Assembly (NCBI RefSeq): GCF_009914755.1 | Contig: NC_060927.1 | DNA length: 64,000 nt | Direction: 5' to 3' (one strand) | Source of the DNA: the human T2T-CHM13v2.0 reference genome, Homo sapiens | Shown here: piece after piece, positions 24,805 to 36,740 of the stretch | How the letters are laid out: the number at the start of each line of letters is the position of its first letter | How positions within the stretch are numbered: the stretch's first letter is position 1 | The notes under the pieces: generated by a model | Database searches by the model: none | The model's input: the letters and a program-made list of their open reading frames with translations, nothing else | Told to the model about the DNA's origin: nothing | Made by a program: the position numbers and the translations under genes

Positions 24805-27800
24805 GCCTCAAAAAAGTCCAATTATTCACTTGCAGATACTACAAAAAGAGTGTTTCAAAACTGCTCTATCAAAAGAAGGGTTAAACTCTCTGAGCTGAAT
24901 GCACACATCACAAAGCAGTTTCTGAGAATCATTCTGTCTAGTTCTTCTTCGAAGATATTGCCTTCTCTACCATAGGCCACAAACGGCGCTAAATATCCAC
25001 TTGGAAATTCTACGAAAAGAGAGTTTCAAAACTGCTGTATCGAAAGGAAGGTTCAACAATGTGAGTTGAAAGCACATATCAGAAAAAAGTTTCTGTGCAT
25101 TCTTCTGTATAGATTTATAAGAAGAAATCACGGTTCAAATGAAGGCCACCAAGATTTCCAAATATCCACTTGCAGATACTACAAAAAGTGTGTTTCAAAA
25201 CTGCTCTATCAAGAGGAATGTTCAAATCTGGGAGTTGAATGCAAATATCACAAAGTAGTTTCTCACAATACTTCTGTCTAGTTTTCATGTGAAGATATTT
25301 CCTTTTCTGCCGTAGGTCTCAAAGCACTCTAAATATACACATGCAAATTCCACAAAAAGAGTGTTTCAAAACTGCTCTATAAAAAGAAAGTTTAAGCCTT
25401 GTAAGCTTAATGCACACATCACAAAGTAGTTTCTGATAATGACTCTATCTTGTTTTTCTATGAAGGCATTTCCTTTTCTACCATAGGCCTCAAATCGCAC
25501 TAAATATCCACTTGGAAATTCTAGAAAAAGAGTATTTCAAAACTGCTCTGTAGAAAGGAAGGTTCATCTCTGTGAATCGAATGCACATATCACAAAGAAG
25601 TTTCTGTGAATTCTTCCATCAAGTTTTATATGAAGAAATCCCGTTTCCAAAGAAGGCCTAAAAAAGCCCAAATATTCACTTGCAGATACTACCAAAAGAG
25701 TGTTTCAAAACTGCTCTATCAAAAGAATGGTTAAACTCTCTGAGCTGAACGCACACATCACAAAGTAGTTTCTGAGAATCATTCTGTCTAGCTTTTCTAC
25801 GAAGGTATTTCCTTTTCTACCATAGGCCTGAAACGGCGCTAACTATCCAGTTGGAAATTCTACGAAAAGAGAGTTTCAAAACTCTTCTATCGAAAGGAAA
25901 TTTCAACTCTGTGAGTTGAAAGCACAAATCACAAAGAGGTTTCTGAGAATTCTTATGTCTAGTTTTATATGAAGAAATCACGATTCTAAAGGAAGGCCAC
26001 AAACAGTTCCAAATATCCACTTCCAGATTCTACAAAAAGGGTGTTTAAAAAATGCTCTATCAATCAAAAGAAAGGTTCAACTCTGTGAGTTGAATGCACA
26101 CATCACAAAGTAGTTTCTGAGAATCATTCTGTCTAGTTTTTGTATGAAGCTATTGCCTTTTCTACCATAGGCTTGAAACGGTGCTAAGTATCCACTTGGA
26201 AATTCCACAGAAAGAGAGTTTCAAAACTCCTCTATCGAAAGGAAGTTTCAACTCTGTGAGTTGAAAGCACATATCACAGAGAAGTTTCTGAGAATTCTTC
26301 TGTCTAGATTTATATTAAGAAATCACGTTTGAAACGAAGGCCACAGAGAGGTTCAAATATAAACTTGCAGATTCTACAAAAGAGTTTCTCAAAACTGCTC
26401 TATCAAGAGGAATGTTCAACTCTATGAGTTGAATGCAAACATCAAAAAGTAGTTTCTGAAAAAGCTTCTGTCCAGTTTTTATGTGAAGATATTTCCTTTT
26501 CTATGGTATGCCTCAAAGCTCACTAAATATACTCTCGCAAATTCCACAAAAAGTTTGTATCAAAACTGCTCCATCAAAAGAAATGCTAAACTGTGTAATC
26601 TGAATGCACACATCACAAGCAGTTTCTGAGAATGATTCTGCCTAGTTTTTCTATGAAGTTATTTCCTTTTCTATTATAGGCCTCAAACCGCTCTAAATAT
26701 CCACTTGGAAATTCTACAAAAAGAGTATTTCAAAACTGCTCTATCGAAAGGAAGGTTCATCTCTGTGAATCGAATGCACACATCACAAAGAAGTTTCTGA
26801 GAATTCTTCTGTCAAGTTTTATATGAAGAAATTCCGTTTCCAACGAAGGCCTCAAAAAGTCAAAATATTCTCTTGCAGATTCTACAAAAAGAGCTTTTCA
26901 AAACTGCTCTATCAAAAGAAAGGTTAAACTCTGTGAGTTGAATGCAAACATCACAAAGTAGCTTCTGAGAATCATTCTGTCTAGTTTTTATATGAAGATA
27001 TTGCCTTTTCTACCCTAGGCCTCAAACGGCGCTAAATATCCACTTGGAAATTCTACAAAAAGAGAGTTTCAGAACTGCTCTATCGAAAGGAAGCTTCAAC
27101 TCTCTGAGTTGAAAGCACACATCACAAAAAAGTTGCTGAGAATTCTTCTCTCTAGTTGTTAATGAAGAAATCACGTTTCAAAAGAAGGCCACAAAGAGGT
27201 CCAAATATCCACTTACAGATTCTACTAATATAGCGTTTCAAAACTGCTCCATCAAGAGGAATGATCAACTCTGTGAGTGGAATGCAAATATCAAAAAGTA
27301 GTTTCTGACAATGCTTCTGTCTAGTTTTTATGTGAAGATATTTTCTTTCCTACCATAAGCCTCAAAACGCTGTAAATATACAATTGCATATTCCACAGAA
27401 AGAGTGTTTCAAAACTGCTCTATTAAGAGAAAGTTTAAACTCCGTAAGCTGAATGCACACATCACAATATAGTTTCGGAGAATGCTTCTGTCTTGTTTTT
27501 CTATGAAGATATTTCCTTTTCAACCATAGGCCTCAAAACCCTCTAAATATCCACTTGGAAATCCTACAAAAAGAGTATATCAATACTGCTCTATAGAAAG
27601 GAAGGTTCAACTCTGTGAGTTGAATGCACACATCACAAAGAAGATTCGGAGAATTCTTTTCTCAAGTTTTATATTAAGAAATCCCTTTTCCAACGAAGGC
27701 CTCAAAAAAGTCCAAATATTCACTTACAGATTCTATAAAAAGAGTGTTTCAAAACTTCTCTACCAAAAGAAACGTTAAACTCTGTGAGTTGAACGCACAC

Positions 27801-29130
27801 ATCACAAAGTAGTTTCTGAGAATCATTGTCTAGTATTTCTATAAAGATATTGCATTTTCTACCAAAGGCCTCAAATGGCGCTAAATATCCACTAGGAAAT
27901 TCTACAAAAAGAGAGTTTCAAAACTGCTCTATCGAGAGGATGCTTCAACTCTGTTAGTTGAAAGCATACATCACAAAGAAGTTTCCGAGAATTCTTCTGT
28001 CTAGTTGTAAATGGAGGAATAACGTTTCAAACGAGGCCACAAAGAGGTCCAAATAGCAACTCCCAGATTCCACAAAAAGAGTGTTTCAAAACAGCTCCAT
28101 CAAGAGGAATGTTCAACTCTGGGAGTTGAATGCAAATATCACAAAGTATTTCTGACAATGCTTTTGTCTAGTTTTTATGTGAAGATATTTCCTTTTCTAC
28201 CGTAGGTCTCAAAGCGCTCAAAGTATACACTTACAAATTCCACAAAATGTGTGTTTCAGACCTGTTCAATCAAAAGATATGTTAAACTCTGAATGCTGAA
28301 TGCACACATCACAAAGAAGTCTCTGAGAATGATTCTGTCTAGGTTTTCAATGAAGATATTTCCTTTTCTACCATAGGCCTCAAACCGTTTTAAATATAAA
28401 CTTGGAAATTCTACAAAAAGAGTATTTCAAAACTGCTCTATCGAAAGGAAAGTTCAACTCTTTGCTTTGAATGCACACATCACAAAGAAGATTCTGAGAA
28501 TTCTTCTGTCAAGTTTTACATGAAGAAATCTCATTTCCTACGAAGGCCTCAAAGCAGTCCAAATACTCACTTGTACATTCTACAAAAAGAGTGTTTCAAA
28601 ACTGCTGTATCAAAAGAAAGGTTAAAATCTGTGAGTTGAACGCACACATCACAAATTAGTTTCTGAGAATCATTCTGTCTTGTTTTTCTATGAAGAAATT
28701 GCCTTTTCTACCATTGGCCACAGTCAGTGCTAATTATCCCTATGAAATTCTACAAAAATAGAGTTTCAGAACTACTCTATCGAAAGGAAGTTTTAACTCT
28801 GTGAGTTGAAAGCACACATCAAACAGAAGTTTCTGAGAAGTTTTCTGTCTAGTTTTATATGAAGAAATCACGTTTCAAACGAAGGACACAAAAGGTCCAA
28901 ATATCCAGTTGCAGATGCTACAAAAAGAGTGTTTCAAAACAACTCCATCAAGAGGAATATTCAACTCTGTGAGTTGAATGCAAATATCACAAAGTAGTTT
29001 CTGACAATGCTTCTGTCTATTTATTCTATGAAGATATTTCCATTTATAGAACAGGCCTCAAATCGCTCTAAATATCCACTTGGAAATTCTATAAAAAGAG
29101 TATTTCAAACTGATCCATCGAAAGGAAGGT

Positions 29131-30150
29131 TCAACACTGTGAGTTGAATGCACAAATCCCAAAGAAGTTTTTGAGAATTCTTCTGCCAAGTTTTATATGA
29201 AGAAAAACCGTTTCCAACGAAAGCCCAAAAAAAGTCCAAATATTCACTTGCAGATTCTACAAAAAGAGTGTTTCAAAACTGCTCTTCCCAAAGAAAATTC
29301 TATCTATGTGAGTTGAACGCACACACCAGAAAATACTTTCTGAAAATGATTCTGACTAGTTTTCCATGAAGATAATGCCTTGTCTACCATAGGCCTCAAA
29401 CGACGCTAAATATCCACTTGGAAACAGTACAAAAAGAGAGGTTGAAAACTGCTCCCTCGATAGGAAATTTCAACAGTTTGAGTTGAAAGCACACATCACA
29501 ACGAATTTTCTGAGAATTCTTCTGTCTAGTTTTATCTTAAGAAATCCCTTTTCAAAGGAAGGCCACAAAGAGGTCCAAATATCCACTCCCAGATTCAACA
29601 GAAAGAGTGTTTCAAAATTGCTCTATCAAGAGGAATGTTCAACACTGTGAGTTGAATGCACACATCATAAAGTAGTTTCTGAGAATTCTTCTGCCAAGTT
29701 TTATGTGAAGAAAAACCGTTTCCAACGAAAGTCCCAAAAAAGTACAAATATTCACTTGCAGATTCTACAAAAAGAGTGTTTCAAATTTGCTCTTTCAAAA
29801 GAAAAGTCTATCTCTGTGAGTTGAACGCACACATCAGAAAATACTTTCTGAGAATTATTCTGACTAGTTTTCCATGAAGATATTGCCTTTACTACCATAG
29901 ACCTCAAACGATGCTAAATATCCACTTGGAAACAGTACAAAAAGAGACTTTCAAAACTGCTCTATCGAAAGGAAGGTTCAGACGTTTGAGTTGAAAGCAC
30001 ACACCACAAAGAAGTTTCTGAGAATTCCTCTGTATAGATTTATATTAAGAAATCCCTTTTAAACGAAGGCCACAAAGAGGTCCAAATATCCACTCCCAGA
30101 TTCAAAAAAAAAGAGTGTTTCAAAATTGCTCTATCAAGAGGAATGTTCAA
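29131..30150 (-). repeat. Old three-monomer (~508-bp) tandem duplication
   Basis: Private variants repeat at ~508 bp: gaaaaaccgtttccaacgaaag, aaatactttctg (29331/29839), ctgactagttttccatg, gaaacagtac (29421/29929), atccactcccagattcaa (29581/30088). Confidence 0.85.
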
Positions 30151-30888
30151 CCCTGTGAGTTGAAATCAAATATCAAAAACTAGTTTCTGACAACGCTTCT
30201 GTCTAGTTTTTATGTGAAAATATTTCGTTTTCTACCGTAGGCCTCAAAGCACTATAAACATACCATTGCAAATTCCACAAAAAGGGTGTTTCAAAACTGC
30301 TCTCTCAAAAGACAGTTTAAACTCTGTGAGTTGAATGCTCACATCACAAAGTAGTTTCTGAGAATCATTCTGTCTAGTTTTTCTATGAAGATATTGTGTT
30401 TTCTACCATAGGCCTCAAACAGCTCTAAATATCCACTTGGAAATTCGAAAAAAAGAGTTTCAAAACTGCTGTATCGAATTGAAGGTTCAAATCTGTGAGT
30501 TGAAAGCACACATCACAAAGAAGTTTCTTAGACTTCTTCTCTCTAGTTTTATATGAAGAAATCACGTTTCAAACGAAGGCCACAAAGAGGTCCAAATATC
30601 CATTTGCACATTCCACAAAAAGAGTGTTTCAAAACTCCTCTATCAAGAGCAATGTTCAACTCTGTGAGTTGAATGCAAATATCACAAAACACTTTCTGAC
30701 AATCCTGTCTAGTTTTTATGTTATTTCCTTTTCTACCATAGGCTTCAAACCGCACTAAATATCCACTTGGAAATTCTGAAAAAAAGATTATTTCAAAATT
30801 ACTCTATCGAAAGGAAGGTTCAGCTCTGTGAGTTGAATGCACACCTCCCAAATAAGTTACTGACAATTCTTCTGTCAAGTTGAAGAAA

Positions 30889-30905
30889 TCCCGTTTCCAA
30901 CGAAG
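30889..30905 (-). other. CENP-B box, intact
   Basis: tcccgtttccaacgaag. Confidence 0.9.
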
Positions 30906-32914
30906 GCCTCAAGAAAGTCCAAATATTCACTTGCAGATTCTACGAAAAGAGTGTTTCAAAACCGCTCTATCAAAAGAAAGTTTCAACTCTGTGAGTTAAA
31001 CGCACACATCTCAAAGCAGTTTCTGAGAATCATTCTGTCTAGTTTTTCTACGAAGATATTGCCTTTTCTACCATAGGCCTCAAACGGCGCTAAATATCCT
31101 CTTGGAAATTCTACAAAAAGAGAGTTTCAAAACTCTTCTATCGAAAGGAAGGTTCAACTCTGTGAGTTAAAAGCACACATCACAAAGAAGTTTCTGAGAA
31201 TTCTTCCCTCTAGTTTTCTATGAAGAAATCACGTTTCAAACGAACGCCACCAAGAGGTCCAAATACCCAATTGCAGATTCTACAAAAAGAGTGTTTCAAA
31301 ACTGCTCTATCAAGATGAAAGCTCAACTCTGGGAGTGGAATGCAAATATCACAAAGTAGTTTCTGACAATGCTTCTGTCTAGTTTTTATGTGAAGATATT
31401 TACTTTTCTGCCGTAGGCCTAGAAGCACTCTGAATACACACTTGCAAATTCCACAAAAAGAGTGTTTAAAAACTGCTCTATAGAAAGAAAGTGTAAGCCC
31501 TGTAAGCTTAATTCACACATCACAAAGTAGTTTCTGATAATGATTCTATCTTGTTTTTCTGTGAAGACATTTCCTTTTCCACCATAGGCCTCAAACCGCA
31601 CGAAATACCACTTGGAAATTCTACAAAAAGAGTATTTCAGAACTGCTCTATTGAAAGGAAGTTTCAACACTGTGAGTTGAATGCACACCTCCCAAATAAG
31701 TTTCTGAAAATTCTTCTGTCAAGTTTTATATGAAGAAATTCCGTTTCCAACGAAGGCCTCAAAATGTCCAAATATTCAAGTACAGATTCTACAAAAAGAA
31801 TGTTTCAAAACTGCTCTATGAAAAGAAAGGTTAAATTCTGTGAGTTGAATGCACACAACACAAAGTAGTTTCTGAGAATCATTCTATCTAATTTTTCTAC
31901 GAAGATATTGACTTTTCTACCATTGGCCTCAAACGGCGCTAAGTATCCACTTGGAAATTCTACAAAGTGAGAGTTTCAAAACTGCTCTATCGAGAGGAAG
32001 ATTCAGCTCTGTGAATTGAAAGCACACATCCCAAAGAAGTTTCTGAGAATTCTACTGTCTAGTTTAATATGAAGAAATCACGTTTCAAAAGATGGCCACT
32101 AAGAGGTCCAATTATCCACTTGCAGATTCTACAAAAAGAGTGTTTCAAAACTGCTCTATCGAGAGGAATGTTCAATTCTGTGTTTTGAACGCAAATATCA
32201 AAAAGTAGTTTCTGTCAAAGTTCTGCCTAGCTTTTATGTGAAGATATTTCCTTTTTATACCACAGGCCTCAAACCGCTATTAATATCCACTTGGAAATCC
32301 TACAAAAAGAGTATTTCAAAATTCCTCTATCGAAAGGAAGGTTAAACTCTGTAAGCCGAATACATCACAAATTAGTTTCTGAGAATGATTCTGTCTAAGT
32401 TTTCAATGAAGATATTTCCCTTTTCACCACAGGCCACAGACCGCTGTAAATATCCACTTGCACATTCCACAAAAAGAGTATTTCAAAACTGCTCTATCGA
32501 AAGGAAGGTTCAACTCTGTGAGTTGAATGCACACATCACAAAGAAGTTCCTGATAATTCTTCTGTCAAGTTTTGCGAGAAGAAATCCCGTTTCCAACGAT
32601 GGCCTAAAACAAGTCCAAATATTCACTTGCAGATTCTACAAAAAGATTGTTTCAAAACTGCTCTATCAAAAGAAAGGTTAAACTCTGTGAGTTCAACGCA
32701 CACATCAAAAAGTAGTTTCTGAGAATCATTCTGCCTTGTTTTTCTATGAAGATACACAAGAGGACTCAAACGGCGTTAAATATCCTCTGGGAAATACTAC
32801 GGAAACAGAGTTTCGAAACTGTTCTATCGAAAGGAAGGTTCAACCCTGTGAGTTGAAAGCACACATCACGAAGAAGGTTCTGAGAATTCTTCTGTCTAGT
32901 TTTATATGAAGACA

Positions 32915-32931
32915 TCCCGTTTCAAACGAAG
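32915..32931 (-). other. CENP-B box, core intact, in a B'-type monomer
   Basis: tcccgtttcaaacgaag followed by gccacaaag; monomers of this type normally carry tcacg. Confidence 0.8.
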
Positions 32932-34275
32932 GCCACAAAGACGTCCAAATAATCAATTGCAAGATTCTTGAAAAGGAGTCTTCCAAAACTGCTCTATCAA
33001 GAGGAATGCTCACCTCTGTGAGTGGAATGCAAATATCACAAAGTAGTTTCTGACAATGCTTCTGTCTAGTTTTTATGTGAAGACATTTCCTTTTCTACCG
33101 TAGGCCTCAAAGCGCTCTAAATATACATTTGCAAATTCCAAGAAAAGACTGCTTCAAAACTGCTCTATCAAAAGAAAGGTTAAACTTTGCAAGCTGAATG
33201 CACACATCACAAAGTTGTTTCGGAGAAAGATTCTGTCTAGTTTTTCTATGAAGATATTTCCTTTTCTACCATACTCCTCAAACGGCGCTAAATATACACT
33301 TGGAAATTCTATAAAATAAAGTTTCAAAACTGCTCTATCGAAAGGAAGGTTCAACCCTTTGAGTTGAATGCACACATCACAAAGAAGTTTCTGGATATTC
33401 TTCTGTCAAGTTTTATGTAAAGAAATCCCGTTTACAAAGAAGGCCTCAAAAAAGTCCAAATATTCCCTTGCAGATTCTACAAAAAGAGTGTTTCAAAACT
33501 GCTCTCTCAATAGAGAGGTTAAACTATGGAGGTGAACGCACTCATCACAAAGTAGTTTCTGAGAATCATTCTGTCTGGTTTTTCTATGAAGATATTTCCT
33601 TTTCTACCACAGTCCTCAAACGGCACTAAATATCCACTTGGAAATTCTACAAAAAGAGAGCTTCAGTACTCCTCTCTCGAAAGGAAGGTTCAGCTCTGTG
33701 AGTTGAAAGCACACATCACAAAGAAGTTTCTGAGAATCCTTCTGTCTAGCTTTATATGAACAAATCACGTTTCAAAAGAAGGCCACCAACAGGTCCAAAT
33801 ATCCAATTGCAGATTCTACAAAAAGAGGGTTTCAAAACTGCTCTATCAAGAGGAATGTTCAACTCCGTGAGTTGAATGCAAATATCACAAAGTAGTCTCT
33901 GACAATGCTTCTGTCTAGCTTTTATGTGAAGATATTTGCTTTTCTACCATAGGCCTCAAAGTGCTCGAAATATACACTAGCAAATTGCACAAAAAGAGTG
34001 TTTCATAACTGCTCTACCAAAAGATAGGTTAAACTCGGTAAGCTGAATGCACACCTCACAAAATCGACTCTGAGAATGATTCTGTCTAGATTTTCTATGA
34101 AGATATTTCCTTTTCTTCCACAGGCCGCAGACTGCATTAAATATGCAATTTGAAATTCTACAAAAAGAGTATTTCGAAACTGCTCTATCGAAAGGAAGGT
34201 TCAACACTGTGAGTTGAATACAAATATCTCAAAGAAGTTTCTGAGAATTCTTCTGTCAAGTTTTATATGAAGAAA

Positions 34276-34292
34276 TCCCGTTTCCAACGAAG
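34276..34292 (-). other. CENP-B box, intact
   Basis: tcccgtttccaacgaag. Confidence 0.9.
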
Positions 34293-36478
34293 GCCCCAAA
34301 AAAGTCCAAATATTCACTTGCAGATTCTACAAAAAGAGTGTTTCAAAACTGCTCTATCAAAAGAAAGGTTAAATGCTGTGAGTTGAACGCACACATCACA
34401 AAGTAGTTTCTGAGAAACATTCTGTCTAGTTTTTCTATGAAGATATTGCCTTTTCTACTATAGGCACTATAGGCCTCAAAGGCGCTAAATATCCACTTGG
34501 ATATTCTACAAAAGAGATTTTCAAAACTGCTCTATAGAAAGGAAGGTGCAAATCTGTGTGCTGAATGCACACAACACAAAGAAGATTCTGAGAATTCTTC
34601 TGTCTAGTTTTATATGAAGAAATCCCATTTCAAATGAAGGCTACGAAGAGGTCAACATATCCACTTGCAGAATCTACCAAAAGAGTGTTAAAAAGCTGCT
34701 CTGTCAAGAGGAATGTTCAACTCTGTGAGTTGAAATTAAATATCAAAAAGTAGTTTCTGACAATGCTTCTGTCTAGTTTTTATGTGAAAATATTTCGTTT
34801 TCTACCGTAGACCTCAAAGCACTATAAACATACCCTTGCAAATTCCACAAAAAGAGTGTTTCAAAACTGCTCTCTCAAAAGACAGTTTAAATTCTGTGAG
34901 TTGAATGCTCACATCACAAAGTAGTTTCTGAGAATCATTCTGTCTAGTTTTTCTATGAAGATATTGTGTTTTCTACCATAGGCCTCAAACAGCTCTAAAT
35001 ATCCACTTGGAAATTCGAAAAAAAGGGTTTCAAAACTGCTGTATCGAATTGAAGGTTCAAATCTGTGAGTTGAAAGCACACATCACAAAGAAGTTTCTTA
35101 GACTTCTTCTCTCTAGTTTTATATGAAGAAATCACGTTTTCAAACGAAGGCCACAAAGAGGTCCAAATATCCATTTGCACATTCCACAAAAAGAGTGTTT
35201 CAAAACTCCTCTATCAAGAGCAATGTTCAACTCTGTGAGTTGAATGCAAATATCACAAAATCGTTTCTGACAATCCTGTCTAGTTTTTATGTTATTTCCT
35301 TTTCTACCATAGGCCTCAAAGCACGATATATATGCACTTGCAAATTCCCCCAAAAGGGTGTTTCAAACCTGATCTATCAAAAGGAATGTTAAACTCCATA
35401 AGCTCAATGCACAAATCACAATGTAGTTTATGAGAATGATTCTGTCTAGTTTCTCTATTAAGATATTTCATTTTCCACCACAAGCCTCAAACCGCTCTAA
35501 ATATCCACTTGGAAATTCTACAAAAGGCTATTTCAAAGCTGCTCTATCGACAGGAAGCTTCAACTCTGTGAGTTGAATGCACACATCACAGAGAAGTTTC
35601 TGAGAATTCTTCTGCCAAGTTTTATATGAAGGAGTCCCGCTTCCAAAGAAGACCTCATAAAAGTCCAAATATTCACTTGCAGATTCTACCCAAAGAGTGT
35701 TTCAAAACTGCTCTATGAAAAGAAAGGTTAAACTCTGAGAGTTGAACGCACACATCACAAAGTAGTTTCTGAGAATCATTCTGTCTACTTTCTCTATGAA
35801 GATATTGCCTTTCCTACCGTAGGCCTCAAACGGCGCTAAATATCCACTTGGATATTCTACAATAAGAGAGTTTTAAAACTGCTCTATTGAAAGGATGGTT
35901 AAACTCTGTGAGTTGAAATCATACAGCAGAAAGAAGTTTCTGAGAATTCTTCCCTCTAGTTTTCTATGAAGAAATCACGTTTCAAACGAACATAACAAAG
36001 AGGTCCAAATATCCAAATGCAGATTCTACAAAAAGGATATTTCAAAACTGCTCTGTCAAGAGGAACGTTCAACTCTGTGAGTTGAATGCAAATAAAACAA
36101 AGTAGTTTCTGACAATGCTTCTGTCTAGTTTTTATGTAAAGATATATCATTTTCTACCGCAGGCTTCGAAGTGCTCTAAATATACACTTGCAAATTCCAC
36201 AAAAAGAGTGGTTCAAAACTGCTCTATCAAAAGAAACGTTAAACTCTGTAACCTGAATGCACACACCACAAAGTAGTTTCTGATAACTATTCTATCTGGT
36301 TTTTCTATGAAGATATTTCCTTTTCTACCATAGGCCTCAAACCGCACTAAATATCCACTTGGAGATTCTGAAAAAAGATTATTTCAAAATTACTCTATCG
36401 AAAGGAAGGTTCAGCTCTGTGAGTTGATGCACACCTCCCAAATAAGTTACTGACAATTCTTCTGTCAGGTTGAAGAAA

Positions 36479-36495
36479 TCCCGTTTCCAACGAAG
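36479..36495 (-). other. CENP-B box, intact
   Basis: tcccgtttccaacgaag. Confidence 0.9.
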
Positions 36496-36740
36496 GCCTC
36501 AAGAAAGTCCAAATATTCACTTGCAGATTCCACGAAAAGAGTGTTTCAAAACCGCTCTATCAAAAGAAAGTTTCAATTCTGTGAGTTAAACGCACACATC
36601 TCAAAGCAGTTTCTGAGAATCATTCTGTCTAGTTTTTCTACGAAGATATTGCCTTTTCTACCATAGGCCTCGAACGGCGCTAAATATCCACTTGGAAATA
36701 CTACAAAAAGAGAGTTTCAAAACTCCTCTATCGAAAGGAA

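Larger units (their letters stand above)
1..36740 (-). repeat. Divergent alpha-satellite array (dHOR-like layer), ~171-bp monomers in a degenerate ~850-bp pentamer (B-A-B'-A-A)
   Basis: Continuous alphoid motifs (ttgcagattctacaaaaagagtgtttcaaaactgctctatc, caactctgtgagttgaatgcacacatcacaaag). Five box-region types recur in order: tcccgtttccaacgaag (B), attgccttttctaccatagg (A), tcacgtttcaaacgaag (B'), gtgaagatatttccttttctaccgtagg (A), ctatgaagatatttccttttctaccacagg (A). Copies differ by many substitutions and monomers are often skipped. Confidence 0.96.

Noticed and set aside
20370-32602. Near-match CENP-B boxes at ~20,370 (cgga), ~26,832 (tccg) and ~32,585 (cgat)
   Set aside because: Each has a substitution in the 9-nt essential core.
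1-36740. Assignment to the SF3 pentameric family (W1-W5; chr1/11/17/X)
   Set aside because: SF3 has a B-B-B-A-A order, whereas this pentamer is B-A-B'-A-A with SF1-like monomer ends. HMM classification (HumAS-HMMER) would be decisive.
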